Assembly (NCBI RefSeq): GCF_006345805.1
Contig: NC_042999.1
Span: 3,348,001-3,412,000, forward strand
DNA: 64,000 nt
Direction: 5' to 3'
Source of the DNA: Octopus sinensis
Lineage: Eukaryota
Notes under the pieces: generated by a model
Seen by the model: the letters and a program-made list of their open reading frames with translations, nothing else
The model's database searches: none
What the model was told of the DNA's origin: nothing
In this document: one piece after another, positions 38,707-52,579 of the stretch
Numbering within the stretch: position 1 is the stretch's first letter
Layout of the letters: the number at the start of each line of letters is the position of its first letter
Translations under genes and position numbers: made by a program

Positions 38707-38947
38707 TGTGCATCAACTTGGTCAGGTGTCTTCTTCCAATCTAAGCCTTGTGAATGGATTTGGTAAATGAAAACTGAAAGAGGTCCATTGTATATGTGTT
38801 GCAATTTCTTGACACTGGGTGATAATTGTAAATGAGTGTCCCTGTCTTACAAGTAGCATCGTTTTTTTTTGTTTTTTTTTCTTGTTTCAATCATTAAACT
38901 GCAGCTACACTGTGGTACCACCTTGAAGAATTTTTAATCAAACAAAT

Positions 38948-39512
38948 CACAGAGGCAATGAAAAGAAGACCAAGATCTCTGGAGATATGCTGTGACTGCA
39001 AAGACCTGCAACAAATAACGTGAGTTCATGGCTGCTTCCTGCACCAGTTTCACATAGAAGCCCCAGCCCATCCAAAGTACCTAGGATTGCAGAACGACCT
39101 GCTGTGCTTACCTTGGATCATAGGGTGACCTGCTGTACTTGAGGAGACCTATTGAATTGAGTATATCAACGTTAAAATAAATATCAAATGGAAATTGTAG
39201 TTGTGATACCTGTGCCGGTTGCACGTAAAAAGCACCATCCGAATGTGGTCTGACTGGCTTCCATGCCAGTGGCACATAAAAAGCACCAACCGATCATGGC
39301 CACTGCCAGCCTCCCCTGGTACCTGTGCCGGTGGCACATAAAAAGCACCCACTACACTCACGGAGTGGTTGGTGTTAGGAAGGGCATCCAGCTGTAGAAA
39401 CACTGCCAGATCAGACCGGAGCCTGGTGCAACCTCCTGGCTTCCCAGACCCCGGTCGAACTGTCCAACCCATGCTAGCATGGAAAATGGACGTTAAACAA
39501 TGATGATGATGA
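38948..39512 (+). mobile_element. 5'-truncated RTE (ORF end plus 3'UTR) inserted in an A-SINE tail
   Basis: ...DLWRYAVTAKT remnant, then the family-C 3'UTR. Confidence 0.75.
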
Positions 39513-40066
39513 AATCAACCTTTTTTTTTAAAAGCCTGGTACTTGTTCTTTTGATTACTTTTTGCTAAGTTGCACAGGACATAAACAAACCAACACCAGT
39601 TATCAAGCAGTAGTGAGAGACAAACACACAATAGGCTTCTTTCCAGTTCTGTCTACCAAATCCACTAATAAGGCTTTGGTTGGCCTGGGGGCTATAGTAG
39701 AAGAAACTTGCCCAGCATGCCAGTGGGACTGAACTGGAAGCCATGAGGTTGGGAAGCAAATTTATTACCTCACAGCCATTCTTGCACCTATCATACATTT
39801 CCAATCTTCCATGGAAATGTGTTTGGCTAAGAAAATAATATTTTGCTTGGAAACCAGGACGGCTGATGCCAAGAGGGAATGGAAAATAGGCAAGTGCAGG
39901 CATGGCTGTGTGGTAAGAAGTTTGCTTCCCAACCACATGGTTCTGGGTTCAGTCCCACTGTGTGGCACCTTAGGTAAGTGTCTTCTACTATAGCCTAGGG
40001 CTGACCAAAACCTTGTGAGTGGATTTGGTAGATGGAAACTGAAAGAAGCTAAAATTTCAAACAAAA

Positions 40067-40600
40067 TTATTTCAATATGGGACAGGACCGCCTTTGGCAG
40101 TAATTACAGCTTGAATTCTACGAGGTATGGACTCATACAAAGTTTGAATTGTTTCCAAATGAATTTTTGTCCATTCTTCAGCTAAAACAGTCTCCAGTTC
40201 TTGTAGTGATGATGGTGGAGGATTTTGACTCCTTACTTGTTTTTCTAAAATGCACCATAAATGTTCAATGATATTGAGATCTGGAGATTGTGGTGGCCAG
40301 ATAAAATGTTTAACTTCGCTACAGTGTTCCTTGTGCCATTCAGTAACAACTTTAGCTGTGTGAATTGGTGCATTACCATCCTGAAAGATTGTGTTTCCCT
40401 CTGAAAACAGTTCTGCAACCATCGGCTGAATCTGATCAGATAAAATGCATAAATAATCTTGACCATTAATTCTGCCATGAAGGAAAACCATTGGGCTGGT
40501 GGATTTCCAAGATATAGCCCCCACCCTCCACGATCATCACAGATCCTCCTCCATGTTTAACACTTGGAAGAAGGCAGTCTGGGTCAAATGTTTCTTTTGG
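40067..40600 (-). mobile_element. Tc1-family transposase C-terminal fragment
   Basis: VKHGGGSVMI upstream of ORF 40072-40524; FQDGNAPIH, WPPQSPDLNIIEHLW, AVITAKGG. Confidence 0.9.
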
Positions 40601-40699
40601 CTGGTATACGTGTGTCCCCATAACTTAGCAGTTCAGTGAAAGAGACTAATAGAATAACTACTAGGCTTACAAAGAATAAGTCCTGGAGTGAATATTTAG

Positions 40700-40852
40700 G
40701 TTAAGTTTTATTTATGAAATTGTGTTGTTTTGAATTTGCAGCAGAAAATGGTTTATTTCTGTGATAGTGAGGGAGGGAGGGTGCAAGGGAGCACTAGAAA
40801 TGTGGCCTTAGAACTAAGGGGGTGGCACCCAAAAAAAATTTGGGAACCACTG
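40700..40852. mobile_element. Probable hAT/Charlie-type MITE end
   Basis: Terminal tttgggaaccactg is the reverse complement of the cagtggttccca(aa) TIR type; other end not found. Confidence 0.4.
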
Positions 40853-41929
40853 ACTAAACATGTCATGGGTGCACCAGCATGGCCATAGTCCAATGAGTAG
40901 CACAAGTAAAAGAGAATATAAGATGCCTATGGAGTACTCAGCCATTTAGATGATACTTTGAGAAGTTGGTAAGTTCAGTGGATTAAAGAACCGAATGTCA
41001 GTGATGAAAACTGATGAAGGTTCCATCGATCCATCAACGTTATTGTCTGGTTACCATGGCAGACAAGCTTACGTTTTGCAATTGAAAAAAATTACATTTC
41101 TGCGATGCCGCTAACTACGTATTGTACGACGCAACCATAAAATAAATTGAATTTTCGTAAAAGGTCACTTTCCAGAAATTTCAAAACCAATCGTAAGAAA
41201 AGCTAAAAGAAAATGTTTTATTCTCTTAGGACCGACACTGACAATGGATAAAAGAATGGTACAATTGCTATGTACCTTGGTATTTGAAGTGGGTGGCTAC
41301 GGAGAAATCCAACCTTGCCCCCCACTCCTACTTCTTCTCTCCTTTTTCTTGATTTTGTTCTTGTTTTTTTTTTTTTGTTGTTCCTTCTTCTGTTTTACTT
41401 CTACTGTCACCGCAACTCATAGTATTATGCTACTGCAACTACTCTTTTACTTGTTTCAGGCATTTGACTGTGGCCATGCTGGAGCACCACCTTTAGTCGA
41501 GCAAATCGACCCCAGGACTTATTCTTTGTAAGCCTAGTACTTATTCTATCGGTCTCTTTTGCCGAACCGCTAAGCTATGGGGATGTAAACACACCAGCAT
41601 CTGTTGTCAAGCGATGTTGGGGGGACAAACACAGACACACACTCATACATATATATATATACAGATATACAACGGGCTTCTTTCAGTTTCCGTCTACCAA
41701 ATCCACTCACAAGGCTTTGGTCGGCTCGAGGCTATAGTAGAAGACACTTGCCCAATGTGCCATGCAGTGGCACTGAACCTGGAACGATGTGGTTCATAAG
41801 CAAGCTACTTACCACACGGCCACTGAAACTACTGCTTTACTATTATTATCACTACTGCTTTACTATTACTGAAACTACTACTACCACACTACTACTACTA
41901 CTACTACTCCCAAACCGTTGTGATCATAC

Positions 41930-42260
41930 TGGCACTCAGCAGGTTATGATAATGAGTGTTCCATTTGATTTAATCAACAGAACAGCCTGCTCATGAAATA
42001 AACTTGCAAGTGGCTGTGTACCCCACAGACACATCCACTCTTCACATAGTTCTCATAGAGATTCAACCTGAGACAGAGTATGACAAAGCTATCCCCACCC
42101 CCATGAATTACAGGTACGGCTCATTTTTGTCAGCTGACTGGACTGGAGCAATGTGAAATAAAGTTTCTTGCTCAAGGGCACAACAAATCACCAGGAATTG
42201 AACTCATGGCCTTATGATTGCGAGCTGAATACCCTAACCATTCAGCGACATGCTTTCACA
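41930..42260 (-). mobile_element. tRNA-derived SINE family E
   Basis: Head gagttcaattcctgg, centre cccttgagcaagaaactttatttcacattgctccagtcca; related copy ~54080-54280(-). Confidence 0.65.
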
Positions 42261-43309
42261 CCATCATCATACATTATCGACAAGATAAACCATTTGCAGG
42301 CAACTGATTAGTGTTTTGGTAGACTTAGCCAAGTTTCTTTCTGTTCCATTTCAGTAAATGGCAGGTAACATCTTTTATTGGAGGCAAAATTATTCCAGAA
42401 AAAACACCCAAAATTAGAATAGATTCGTTGCTAGTGGAGCGCTAAGAGTACCGTATGAGTGAGATCGTTGCCAGAGCAACAAGCTGGCCTTTGTACCGAT
42501 GGCATGTTAAACACACCATTTGAGCATGATCGTTACCGCGTCGCCTTACTAGCACTTGTGCTGGTGGCACATGAAACATTCGAGCGAGGTCACTGCCAGT
42601 GCTGCTGGACTGGCTCCTGTGCAGGTGGCACATAAAAAGCACCATTTGAGCATGACCATTGCCAGTACCGCTTGACTGGCCCTTGTGCCGGTGGTACGTA
42701 AAAGCACCCACTACACTCTCAGTGTGGTTGGCATTAGGAAGGGCATCCAGCTGTAGAAACTCTGCCAGATCAGATTGGAGCCTGGTTCGCCAGACCTCAG
42801 TCAAATCGTCCAACCCATGCTAGCATGGAAAGCGGATGTTAAATGATGATGATGATGATGATGATTCACTGCCTGCCTCTTTTTTAAAACTTAAATTGTG
42901 TTGTTGTGAGCAAGATGCAAAAAAGGATTGGCAACAGTAAGGACATTTGTGGACATAAAACATGGATCCAGAAAATCTGTCCAATTCAGACCAACATTGG
43001 AAATTGTTTAGTTTGGTTGTTCATTATTAAGTTCATTTCTTTTTGTTTGTCGGTATGGGTTAGATGAGTATATCATTGAGTCTTTGTTTTTGAAATGGAT
43101 GCTTTTCCTGTCCCTAACCTTTTCCAGTTTTTCACGTAAGTGATACCTCAGCCCACATTTCCCTTGCTGCAAAGCTAGTAGCCAAACTACTGTCCCCAAG
43201 ATGAGCTATTTTAAGAGAAGTACAAATACAAACATAAACCTATACATGGACATACATGTATGTGCACACATATGCTTGTGTGTGTGTGTGTATGTATTTG
43301 TGTGTGTAT

Positions 43310-43420
43310 GTATAAACTCCAAGTTTTGAATATTGGGATGGAAATCCACACCGCCATCTCTTCAGTTATCTGGCCATTGGGAAAAAAAAAAGAATGGTAG
43401 CGTGGATTTCCACCCCGACA
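43310..43420. mobile_element. Small palindromic MITE (arms ggggtggaaatccacgct); partial inverted copy at ~43878-43950
   Basis: 43330-43360 pairs imperfectly with 43392-43422. Confidence 0.55.
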
Positions 43421-43428
43421 TATTACAC

Positions 43429-43484
<56 letters not shown>

Positions 43485-43949
43485 ATCAAAATCAAAATCG
43501 ATCCACATCAATGGAATTTGTAGTTTGTGGTACCAGTGCCGGTGGCACATAAGAGAACCATCCGTACGTGGCCGTTGCCAGCACCGCATCGACTGGCCTC
43601 CATGCTGGTGGCACGTAAAAAGCACCATCCGAGTGTGGCCGTTCGCCAGCCTCGTTTGGCACCTGTCTCGGTGGCACATAAAAAGCACCCACTACACTCA
43701 CGGAGTGGTTGGCGTTAGGAAGGGCATCCAGCTGTAGAAATACCGCCAGATCTGACTGGGCCTGATGCAGCCTTCTGGCTTCCCAGACCCCAGTTGAACC
43801 GTCCAACCCATGCTAGCATGGAAAGCGGACGTTAAACGATGATGATGATGATATGTAATATGTGACAACTATTTGGTAGCCATGATAAAACTCCAAGTTT
43901 CGGATGTCGGGGTGGAAATCCACGCTGCTATTTTTTTTTCCAATGGCAT

Positions 43950-44340
43950 TCTGAAAAGACACCCACACAGACCGCACATCCAATTTGGACCACCAAGAGC
44001 TTCAGATAAGTTCTGCTCTTTGTGGATCTTAGAATGTCTTTTGAAGCCTCCGTTACAATTGTGAATCTTCTGGCATACACTGCATTGAAAGGTGTGCACA
44101 GACATATAGACAGAATAGTTGGTGGAGGTTTGTTTTCCATGCACTCAAAAATGAGATTTGAGCCCAGCGAAAAACCAGGCAAGGTCTTTCACACACTGTG
44201 CTCACAAAAAGGTCATTGTCATTCACCTTCTCGATTGTTACATTCTTCCTTAGATCCCTGTGGGATGAAAAATAAGACCCGTCAAAAGGTAGAGGAACTC
44301 CTGAACAGTCAACAGCCATCCAACAAAATATCTGTAAATA
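43950..44340 (-). pseudogene. Decayed C2H2 zinc-finger cluster, probably the C-terminus of an RTE-type LINE
   Basis: CSVCQKIHNCNGGFKRHSKIH finger; upstream frameshifted VCERPCLVFAGLKSHF*VH; downstream CGLCG. Confidence 0.55.
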
Positions 44341-44430
44341 TTGTGTATCTCAATTTTTTCTTATATGTATATTTTTACTTTTATATATATATTATTTATA
44401 TTTAATTCTTATTCACGCATCGCACCTTTT

Positions 44431-44504
<74 letters not shown>

Positions 44505-46749
44505 CAGCGGTGGTGCCCCAGCATGGACGCAGCCTTCGAGCTAAAACATTTTTAAGGATTTAAGGATATAGTAGAAATATGTTACGAAAAGAAAATATAA
44601 AATACACAGGGAAATGTAAGGGTAAAATATGAAAAATCAACGAAAATGCACATTGCAAATAAAAAATGGCTATTTATGACAGATAACGACAAATATATAC
44701 ATTTAGATTGACTGAGGTAGTAATACGAGTCATAAAAGTCATTATTATGAGATGATTATAAGATGATAATAAAGTAAGAGAACAAAACGGACTATGGTTT
44801 ATGCGAAGCTATTCATCATATATATATATGTATATATATATGTATCATCATCATCATCATCATATATGCTGTATATATGTATATTTTTACTTTTATATAC
44901 ATATTTATATTTATTGCATATCTTTTACTTTTTTATATTTATATATATTATTTTGCATTTGCAAATCACATGTCGTACTTTTATATATATATACATATAT
45001 ATACACACACACACGTTATCATACATATACATATATTTATACTTACCTTTGTGAGTTAATATATATGTATGCATGTCTCTTCTATTGCCAGACCAGATTG
45101 GAGCCTGGTGTAGCCACTGGCTCTCCAGACCCCAGTCGAACCGTCTAACCCATGCTAGTATGGAAAATGGACGTTAAACGATGATGATATCTATATATCT
45201 ATCTATAGCCGTGTGGTTACTTCGTTAATCTGAACTCTACATGAATTCTTCCTACCTTGAAACCATTGGTGCTGTCTCACATGCTCTTTGCCGCTGCCAG
45301 ACTCCCCTGGCACCTGTGCCAGTGGCAAGTAAAAAGCACCTACTACACTCGCGGAGTGGTTGGCGTTAGGAAGGGCATCCAGCTGTAGAAACACTGCCAG
45401 ATCAGACTGGAGCGGCCTCCTGGCTTCCCAGACCCCGGTCGAACTGTCCAACCTGTGCTAGTACGGAAAACAGACGTTAAACGATGATGATGATTATATA
45501 TATATATATATATATATAATAGGGTTTTTCGGATTCTGCCAATCAAGTCCTCTCAGAAAGCTTTTAACTTAGACCAATTAGTAGAAAACACTTGCTCAAG
45601 GTTATTGTACAGTAGGATTGAACTTGAAACCGTGTGGTTAGGAAGTGAACGTTTGCACCGCAGCCACAGCTGCATTGATGTAAAGTGACAATGAATGCAA
45701 TATATGCGAAGAGTTGCAGAAAACATTGGGAAGTCATTAAAACGGTTTGAAATATTCCAGAGGAAAAATTAACGAACAATTTGGATATTGTCGTCTAGCC
45801 TCAGGCTATGAACAAGACAAGTGAAATATAACAATATTGTTGCTTTTTAATTGAATTCTTTTTTTTTTCAGACGTATTGTATCTAGGAGTGCAATCCAAT
45901 ATGCCCTGTTGTTTTTTAACATAAACAGGAGTGGCTGTGTGGTAAGTAGCTTGCTAACCAACCACATGGTTCCAGGTTCAGTCCCACTGCGTGGCATCTT
46001 GGGCAAGTGTCTTCTGCTATAGCCCCGGGCCGACCAATGCCTTGTGAGTGGATTTGGTAGACGGAAACTGAAAGAAGCCTGTCGTATATATGTATATATA
46101 TATATGTGTTTGTGTGTGCGTGTTTGTCCCCCTAGCATTGCTTGACAACTGATGCTGGTGTGTTTACGTCCCCGTCACTTAGCGGTTCGGCAAAAGAGAC
46201 CGATAGAATAAGTACTGGGCTTACAAAGAATAAGTCCCGGGGTCGATTTGCTCGACTAAAAAAGGCGGTGCTCCAGCATGGCCGCAGTCGAATGACTGAA
46301 ACAAGTAAAAGAGTAAAAGAGTATACTACAAAATCTAAGATTTTAAAAAATTTGACCAACATTTTAAAAAGGTAAGAAGGTTTTTTTTCTTTGTGTTGTT
46401 TTTTAAACTATACTAACTCAATATAGTATTATAGATTGTGATTGGTTGAGAGAGATGACTATGTCCCAATGTAATTCAGTCCAATACAATTTATAGTTAA
46501 TTGATATTTTATACAACTACAATTCTATTCAACTTGCAAGTCTTCTGTATAAAAAACGAAAAAAGAATTAAAAATAAAAACTAAAGAAAGGCAAAAAAAC
46601 AAAACAAATAAACTCTTGCATTTTTTGATAATGATTTTATGTAAAAGAATACGTCTAAAGAAAATTGATGGAGGTGCACGGCTCTGGTATGTAGAGTTAA
46701 GAGGATTATTTCAGAGCTGTTTTGTGGTATCGTGTTTGGTGACATTGGG

Positions 46750-47352
46750 TGGCACCTTGGGCAAATGTTTTATTATGTAGCCCCTGGCTGGCTAATCAAA
46801 GCTCTGTGGGTGGATTTGGTTGCCAGAAACTGAAAGAAGCCTATTGCATATGTGTGTGTGTATGTGAAGAGAAAGGGAGGGACAGAGACGAAGAGAGAGA
46901 GGGACAGAGATAATGAGAGAGGGACATAGAGACAAAGAGAGAGAGGGAGAGATAGACAGAGAGACAAAGAGAGAGACGGACATAGAGACAAAGAGAGAGA
47001 GGGAAAGATAGATAGACAAAGAGAGAGAGGGAGAGATAGACAGAGAGACAAAGAGAGAGACGGACATAGAGACAAAGAGAGAGAGGGAAAGATAGATAGA
47101 CAAAGAGAGAGAGGGAGAGATAGATAGACAAAGAGAGAGAGGGACAGATAGACAAAGGCAGGGACAGAGAGAAAGAGTATAATTGTCTCCCCTTGTCTTG
47201 CCATCATGTGACTGTTGTAAATGTATTTGGCCATTGGGAAATGTTACTTTGCTTGAAAACAGATGAGGGTTGGCAACAGTAATGGCATCCAACCAAAGAA
47301 GTTCTGCCTCAATAAGCTTCATCTGGCCCAAGCAAGCATGAGAAAGTGAACA
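46750..47352 (+). mobile_element. Family-A SINE body carrying an RTE-type tail, with an expanded GA/GATA higher-order microsatellite (46860-47170)
   Basis: A-body gcaccttgggcaa...gaaactgaaagaagcc, then gggttggcaacagtaatggcatcc...gcatgagaaagtgaacatta. Confidence 0.6.
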
Positions 47353-48177
47353 TTAGGCGCAGGAGTGGCTGTGTGGTAAGTAGCTTGCTTACCAACCACA
47401 TGGTTCCAGGTTCAGTCCCACTGCGTGGAACCTTGGGCAAGTGTCTTCTACTATAGCCTTGGGCTGACCAAAGCCTAGTGAGTGGATTTGATAGAGGGAA
47501 ACTGAAAAGAAGCTCGTCATATATATGTATGTGTGTCTGTTTGTCCCCCCCAACATCGCTTGACAACCGATGCTGGTGTGTTTACGTCCCCGTAACTTAG
47601 CAGTTCGGCAAGAGAGACCAATAGAATAAGTACTAGGCTTACAAAGAATAAGTCCTGGGGTCGACTTGCTCGACTAAAGGTGGTGCTCCAGTATGGCCAC
47701 AATCACATGACTGAAACAAGTAAAAAGAGTAAAGAGAGATTAAAAATAAGTATTGGCATTGACATGACCAACAAAACCCTTCATGGCATTGCTGCAGTAT
47801 GGCCACAGTCCAATGCCTGACACAAGTAATAGAATAAACTATACTAGTAGGACCCATGGAAATTCCATGGAATGGAAAAAATTAAGAGGGGCCATTTCAG
47901 AAAGAAAGAAGGATTTGCATTTTTACAGTGTTCATAGTTTAGCTTTCTTTAAATCTTCTTGACCCTTCATCTATATTCATTTCCTCACATCTCCATCGGT
48001 GTTGTCTTTTCCTCATTTTATTATATCTTCTTGCTATTCCTCTCCATGCACATCTTTTCTCAGGCAGCTTGCAACCGTGTTTCTTGTGAATCCAGAGTTT
48101 AGGCTAAATTAACCCTTATAAACAAATATCAATGTTTTTAGTGAGCAGACAATAAATAATTGCTCTTTAGGCATTAA

Positions 48178-48636
48178 CCCTTTTGTTACTGTATTTCTGT
48201 TGAGATGCTCTGTGTTGGTTTCAATGTAAATATAACAAAGAATTTAGTAAAATAATTTAGTTACCATTCAGCTAGTGTTAGGAACATAAATTAGTGGAAG
48301 ATTTTAATTCCATACTTATGAAAACAAGACATTTGTACTACAGAGCCAGAGGTGATTTCAACCAGGTTGGTATCAAAAGGGTTAAGAATTGTTTCTCTAT
48401 TATATATTTTAACCCTTTCATTACCTTATTTCTTTTGAGATGCTCTGTGTTTCTTTCAATTAATTTTAAATATTTATAAATATAACAAAGAATTTAGTAA
48501 AATAACTTAGTTATCATTAAGCTAGGGCATAAATTATGGCTAAGGTTTAGTGGAAGATTTTAATTCAGAACTTATGAAAACAAGACATTTATACTGATAG
48601 CCAGAGTCGGTTTCATCCAGGTTAGTAACAAAAGGG
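48178..48636 (+). mobile_element. Two adjacent TTAA-flanked piggyBac-type MITEs (family P2: 48178-48381 and 48413-48636)
   Basis: ttaa|cccttt ... aaaggg|ttaa twice, with shared internal sequence. Confidence 0.85.
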
Positions 48637-48712
48637 TTAAGTGATGGTCACTACAAAAAAATTATTTCAATAAAAGAATACTTTTCAATATCAACATACA
48701 CCACCACCTGCC

Positions 48713-48753
<41 letters not shown>

Positions 48754-50689
48754 TCTTTTTCTAAGCAAAATTGGTTGCAAACATCTCTCATGTGATGGTG
48801 ATGCTCATTTACAACCTTCAAGTGATGTCAAGTCAAACACACACACACACAAACGACAGGCTTCTTTCAGTTTCCATCAACCAAATTCACTCACAAAGCT
48901 TTGGTTGGCTCTTGTGTATAGAAGCCACTTGCCTAAGGTGCTGCAGAGTGGGACAGAACCCAAGCCCTCATGAGTGGGAGACAAACTTCTTCACTACACA
49001 GCCATGCTTGCACCAATTTAAACAATAAAAACAAAATATAAATTCTGTCTGTGCATTCTGTCAGTGTTTGAATGCATTTTGCCTTGCTTACCCCTATGTC
49101 TGTGCAATGTGGCTGAATGAGTAAGAAGTTTACTTCACAATAATAAGTTCACTGGTTCAATCCCATTGCACAGCATCTTAGAAAAATTTTTGTATCTTTA
49201 TTAATTCTAATAAACCCACTCTAAACACACTCACACACACACACACTCTACGTATATATATTGCTATAAGACATTTAATTGGCTACTTCTGTGATATGCA
49301 TCTACTTGACCAGAAGGGACCATTTAATTGGATTGTCAAAATAATGTTCTCTTCGATAAATCCATTCGGAAATATAATTAGGATGTTTTAATGATCATCA
49401 CTAACGACATTTATTATTGCTGAGTTGACAAATCTCACTTTTACGAATAAAATACGATTCAGACTGTGCAAGAAACTAAATTTGGATTAAAATTCTCACC
49501 ACACCTTTAATATCACCTGTGAAAAAAAACAAAAAAAAACAAAAAAAAAAAAACATTATTTTCTCAAAAATAGCAAACATAACCTAATTTCTGATATGTG
49601 AATTTGAGAAAAACAGAATTACGTTTCAATGGTTGAAATTGTGCTAAATTATTGTTTATCAAATTAAAAACCTGTACCAAATTTAACAGCCTGTCTAATT
49701 TAATTATTTTGGTTGCTAACGGCTTAAAAGTCAAGTACAATGCATAAAACAGTTTCCATGTACCTACATCAAACATAGAAATAAAGGTTAACATTTTTCA
49801 CTTCTCTTCACAAATGTGGTTTTAATTTAATAATATATCAAAATATAATGACAAGATTTTATAGCAATAAAGTGAGAAATATTTTACTTTGTACTGTGGT
49901 AAGCCATATATAAATATACAAAGATATTAGTTTCCATAAATGTTACATATATTTACATAAACTGCTTTGAATATAATTCTTTGCTGTTGAAATCTAACTC
50001 CAATATGGCTAATGTGTGTGTGCGAGTGAGGTGAGGAGTGAGGTGTGTTGTTATTTGATAACTAACATTGGTTCAGTCTTTGTTTAAAAGAGTTAAAAAG
50101 TTTTATAGTCACAGATGAATCAAAAAAAGCCATTCCCACCATCCACCCCAACTGTTCAAATTCCTGACATTAATTTAATCAATATTTTAAAAATATAAAT
50201 GCTTCTACAAGTTCAATAATTTGAATAATTTGTATTAATTTCTCTGAGTATAACTTTAAAAAATAGTGATTTATTACAAAGTGAGAGGTTTTTTTTTTTA
50301 TTTATTGCATTTTATTTTATTTTATGTATTATTATTATTATTATTTTGGTAAAAATTTTGGAAGTTTACATGATTCATTTGATGATAAATGAAAACGTAG
50401 ACTAAACAAAATAGCTATTCTGACTATTCATTTAATTAATATGGTTAATTTATGCAGAAAATACAAATTATTCTTCACTAGAATGTTTCCAATAATATGA
50501 CAGGTAACTTTTTCCACCATGGGTAAACAATCTTCATTAACAATAAATATACATGTATTTAGGTTGTTCAGGATAAATTTGACAGTTTGCACAAAAGGTA
50601 AAGAAAACACAATACCCAATCCAAAAATCTAAAAGATTCAAAAAATATCCACAAGATTATGGTTGGGAGATAACAATTTTTCTCAAAGT

Positions 50690-50952
50690 AACCACCTTCA
50701 GGTCAAGACAGCTCTGGAGTCCAGTTTGCTGGACATTGTTGTAGAGCTGAAAACAAGGTAATTTCTACTCTTCTCCTCTGGAAGCCATCTGCTTGCGATA
50801 CCAGAGGCCACATACTCTTCTACTCTGATGTAATCTCCAGGTATACAGGCATCCAGCAACAGGACCTCTGTAATGCTATGATGGACCGTGAGGTCTGACG
50901 TAACATAATAAATTCCATTGTCTCGACCACGGGCGAACAATGATGATGATGA
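50690..50952 (+). mobile_element. 3' end of a second RTE/RTEX-type LINE with (GAT)n tail
   Basis: Manual translation QFAGHCCRAENKVISTLLLWKP...AMMDREV*RNIINSIVSTTGEQ*. Confidence 0.8.
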
Positions 50953-51885
50953 AGGCTCATCTATTCCTCAGTTTCTCTGGGAAGATCTTTGAACACCTCC
51001 TTGATCTTGGACACGAGCTTGGCCTCCATGTCACAGGCAGAGTGAATGGTGTCTTTCTCAACTATGCCTTCCCCCCCACCACACACACACAGAGTAAGCC
51101 ATGAAATTACAATGGGGGGAATTCATCAGGTGGGAAATTTGGGCTGGTGACATTGTAGAAATTCTCCAACAACCACTTCTGACACTTTTGTGGGGGCATG
51201 GCAAGGAGCCATATCCTGCTGCCACACATAGGGCTTCCAGCAGCAACCCTGTGGAGGCACATGGCCTAGTGGTCAGAGCAGCGGACTCGCAGTTTCGAAT
51301 CTCAGACCGGGCGATGTGTGTGTTTATGAGCGAAACACCTAAATTCCACGCGGCTCCTGCAGAAGGTAATGGCAAACTTCTGCTGACTCTTTCACTACAA
51401 CTTTCTTTCACTCTTTCCTCCTGCATCTTGCAGCTCACCTGCGACGGACCAGCGTCCCATCCAGGTGGGGAACCTATACGCCAAGGAAACCAGGAAACTG
51501 GCCCTTATGAGCCAGGCGTGGCTCGAGAAGGAACAAACAAACAACAACAGCAACCCTCTCCAACCAGGGTTTGACCTCCCTCCAGCAGCTTCATGTAGTC
51601 GTCTGAATTAAGGCTCTGTTCAAAGATGTGGGGCAGCATGATGTCACCCTCATTGGGGAAACTCCCAAAGTCCATTACCGTTTGGAAGAACTTTGCTTTC
51701 ATGATCTCCATATCATGTCACGCAGACTTTACATTATTCCAAAGCATTGAGCAGCTGTCATTATGTTGGTATTTTGATCCACCCAGTGCAGATCATATGA
51801 CACAAGCAGCTCTTTTCCAATATTCAGATGGTTTCCAGTCCTCCATGTCAGCTAACTTTTTTACAATAACTTCATGGTGTCCAAT
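50953..51885 (-). mobile_element. Decayed maT-like transposase fragment split by a SINE (~51240-51560)
   Basis: VMDFGSFPNEGDIMLPHIFEQ...YMKLL and LVSKIKEVFKDLPRE, similar to ORF 26744-27238. Confidence 0.6.
51243..51555 (+). mobile_element. SINE family D2: D-type head with a V-domain-like centre and a different tail
   Basis: Head shared with 38303; cctgcgacggaccagcgtcccatccagg resembles the V-SINE domain (recall). Confidence 0.7.
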
Positions 51886-52279
51886 ACCTATTTCTTTACT
51901 ACCCACAAGGGGCTAAACACAGAGGGGACAAACAAGGACAGACAAATGGATTAAGTCAATAACATCGACCCCAGTGCGTAACTGGTACTTAATTTTATCG
52001 ACCTCAGCGGAATTTGAACTCAGAACGTAACAACAGACGAAATACGGCTATGCATTTCGCCCTGCGTGCTAACGTTTCTGCCAGCTCGCCACCCTCTACA
52101 TGGGGTCCAATACCATTAACTGTTCACCAATATAGTAAGCTGTACCTGGAAGAAAGGAGACATAAAATAATTACTAAAGTTAGCTTGAACACCTTGTAAA
52201 CACACACACACACACAAATTCACATACCTATGTAAAATTACTGATTCTTTATCTCTTCTCACCAGCTGTTTGTCGAGTT

Positions 52280-52579
52280 TATCCTTCTACTTAAATTGCA
52301 GTTGTCTCTGTGCATGTGTGCCATGGACAGAAGATTGTGTGTGTGTGTAATCATGTATCATGCATTTGGTTTCCATTGACCGCATAGCTTCCACCGTCTT
52401 TACCATCCCCCTACCACCACTGCTCGTTAATTCCTGTCTCCCTCTATTGACTTTAACTTACGTTAACTCTCTCAGCATCTCCCTTTTACTTTTTTCTCCC
52501 CCTCTCTCTGTACGATGTAAAGTGTGACCAGACAAATGAACCAACCAACGTTCGGATTGGCTATTATTATATAGAGATT
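52280..52579 (-). mobile_element. Possible Helitron/Helentron-type non-autonomous element
   Basis: Minus-strand start a|tctctatataataa; no clear 3' CTRR end. Confidence 0.35.

Noticed and set aside
41011-41045. ctgatgaagg... hammerhead look-alike
   Set aside because: No GAAA downstream.
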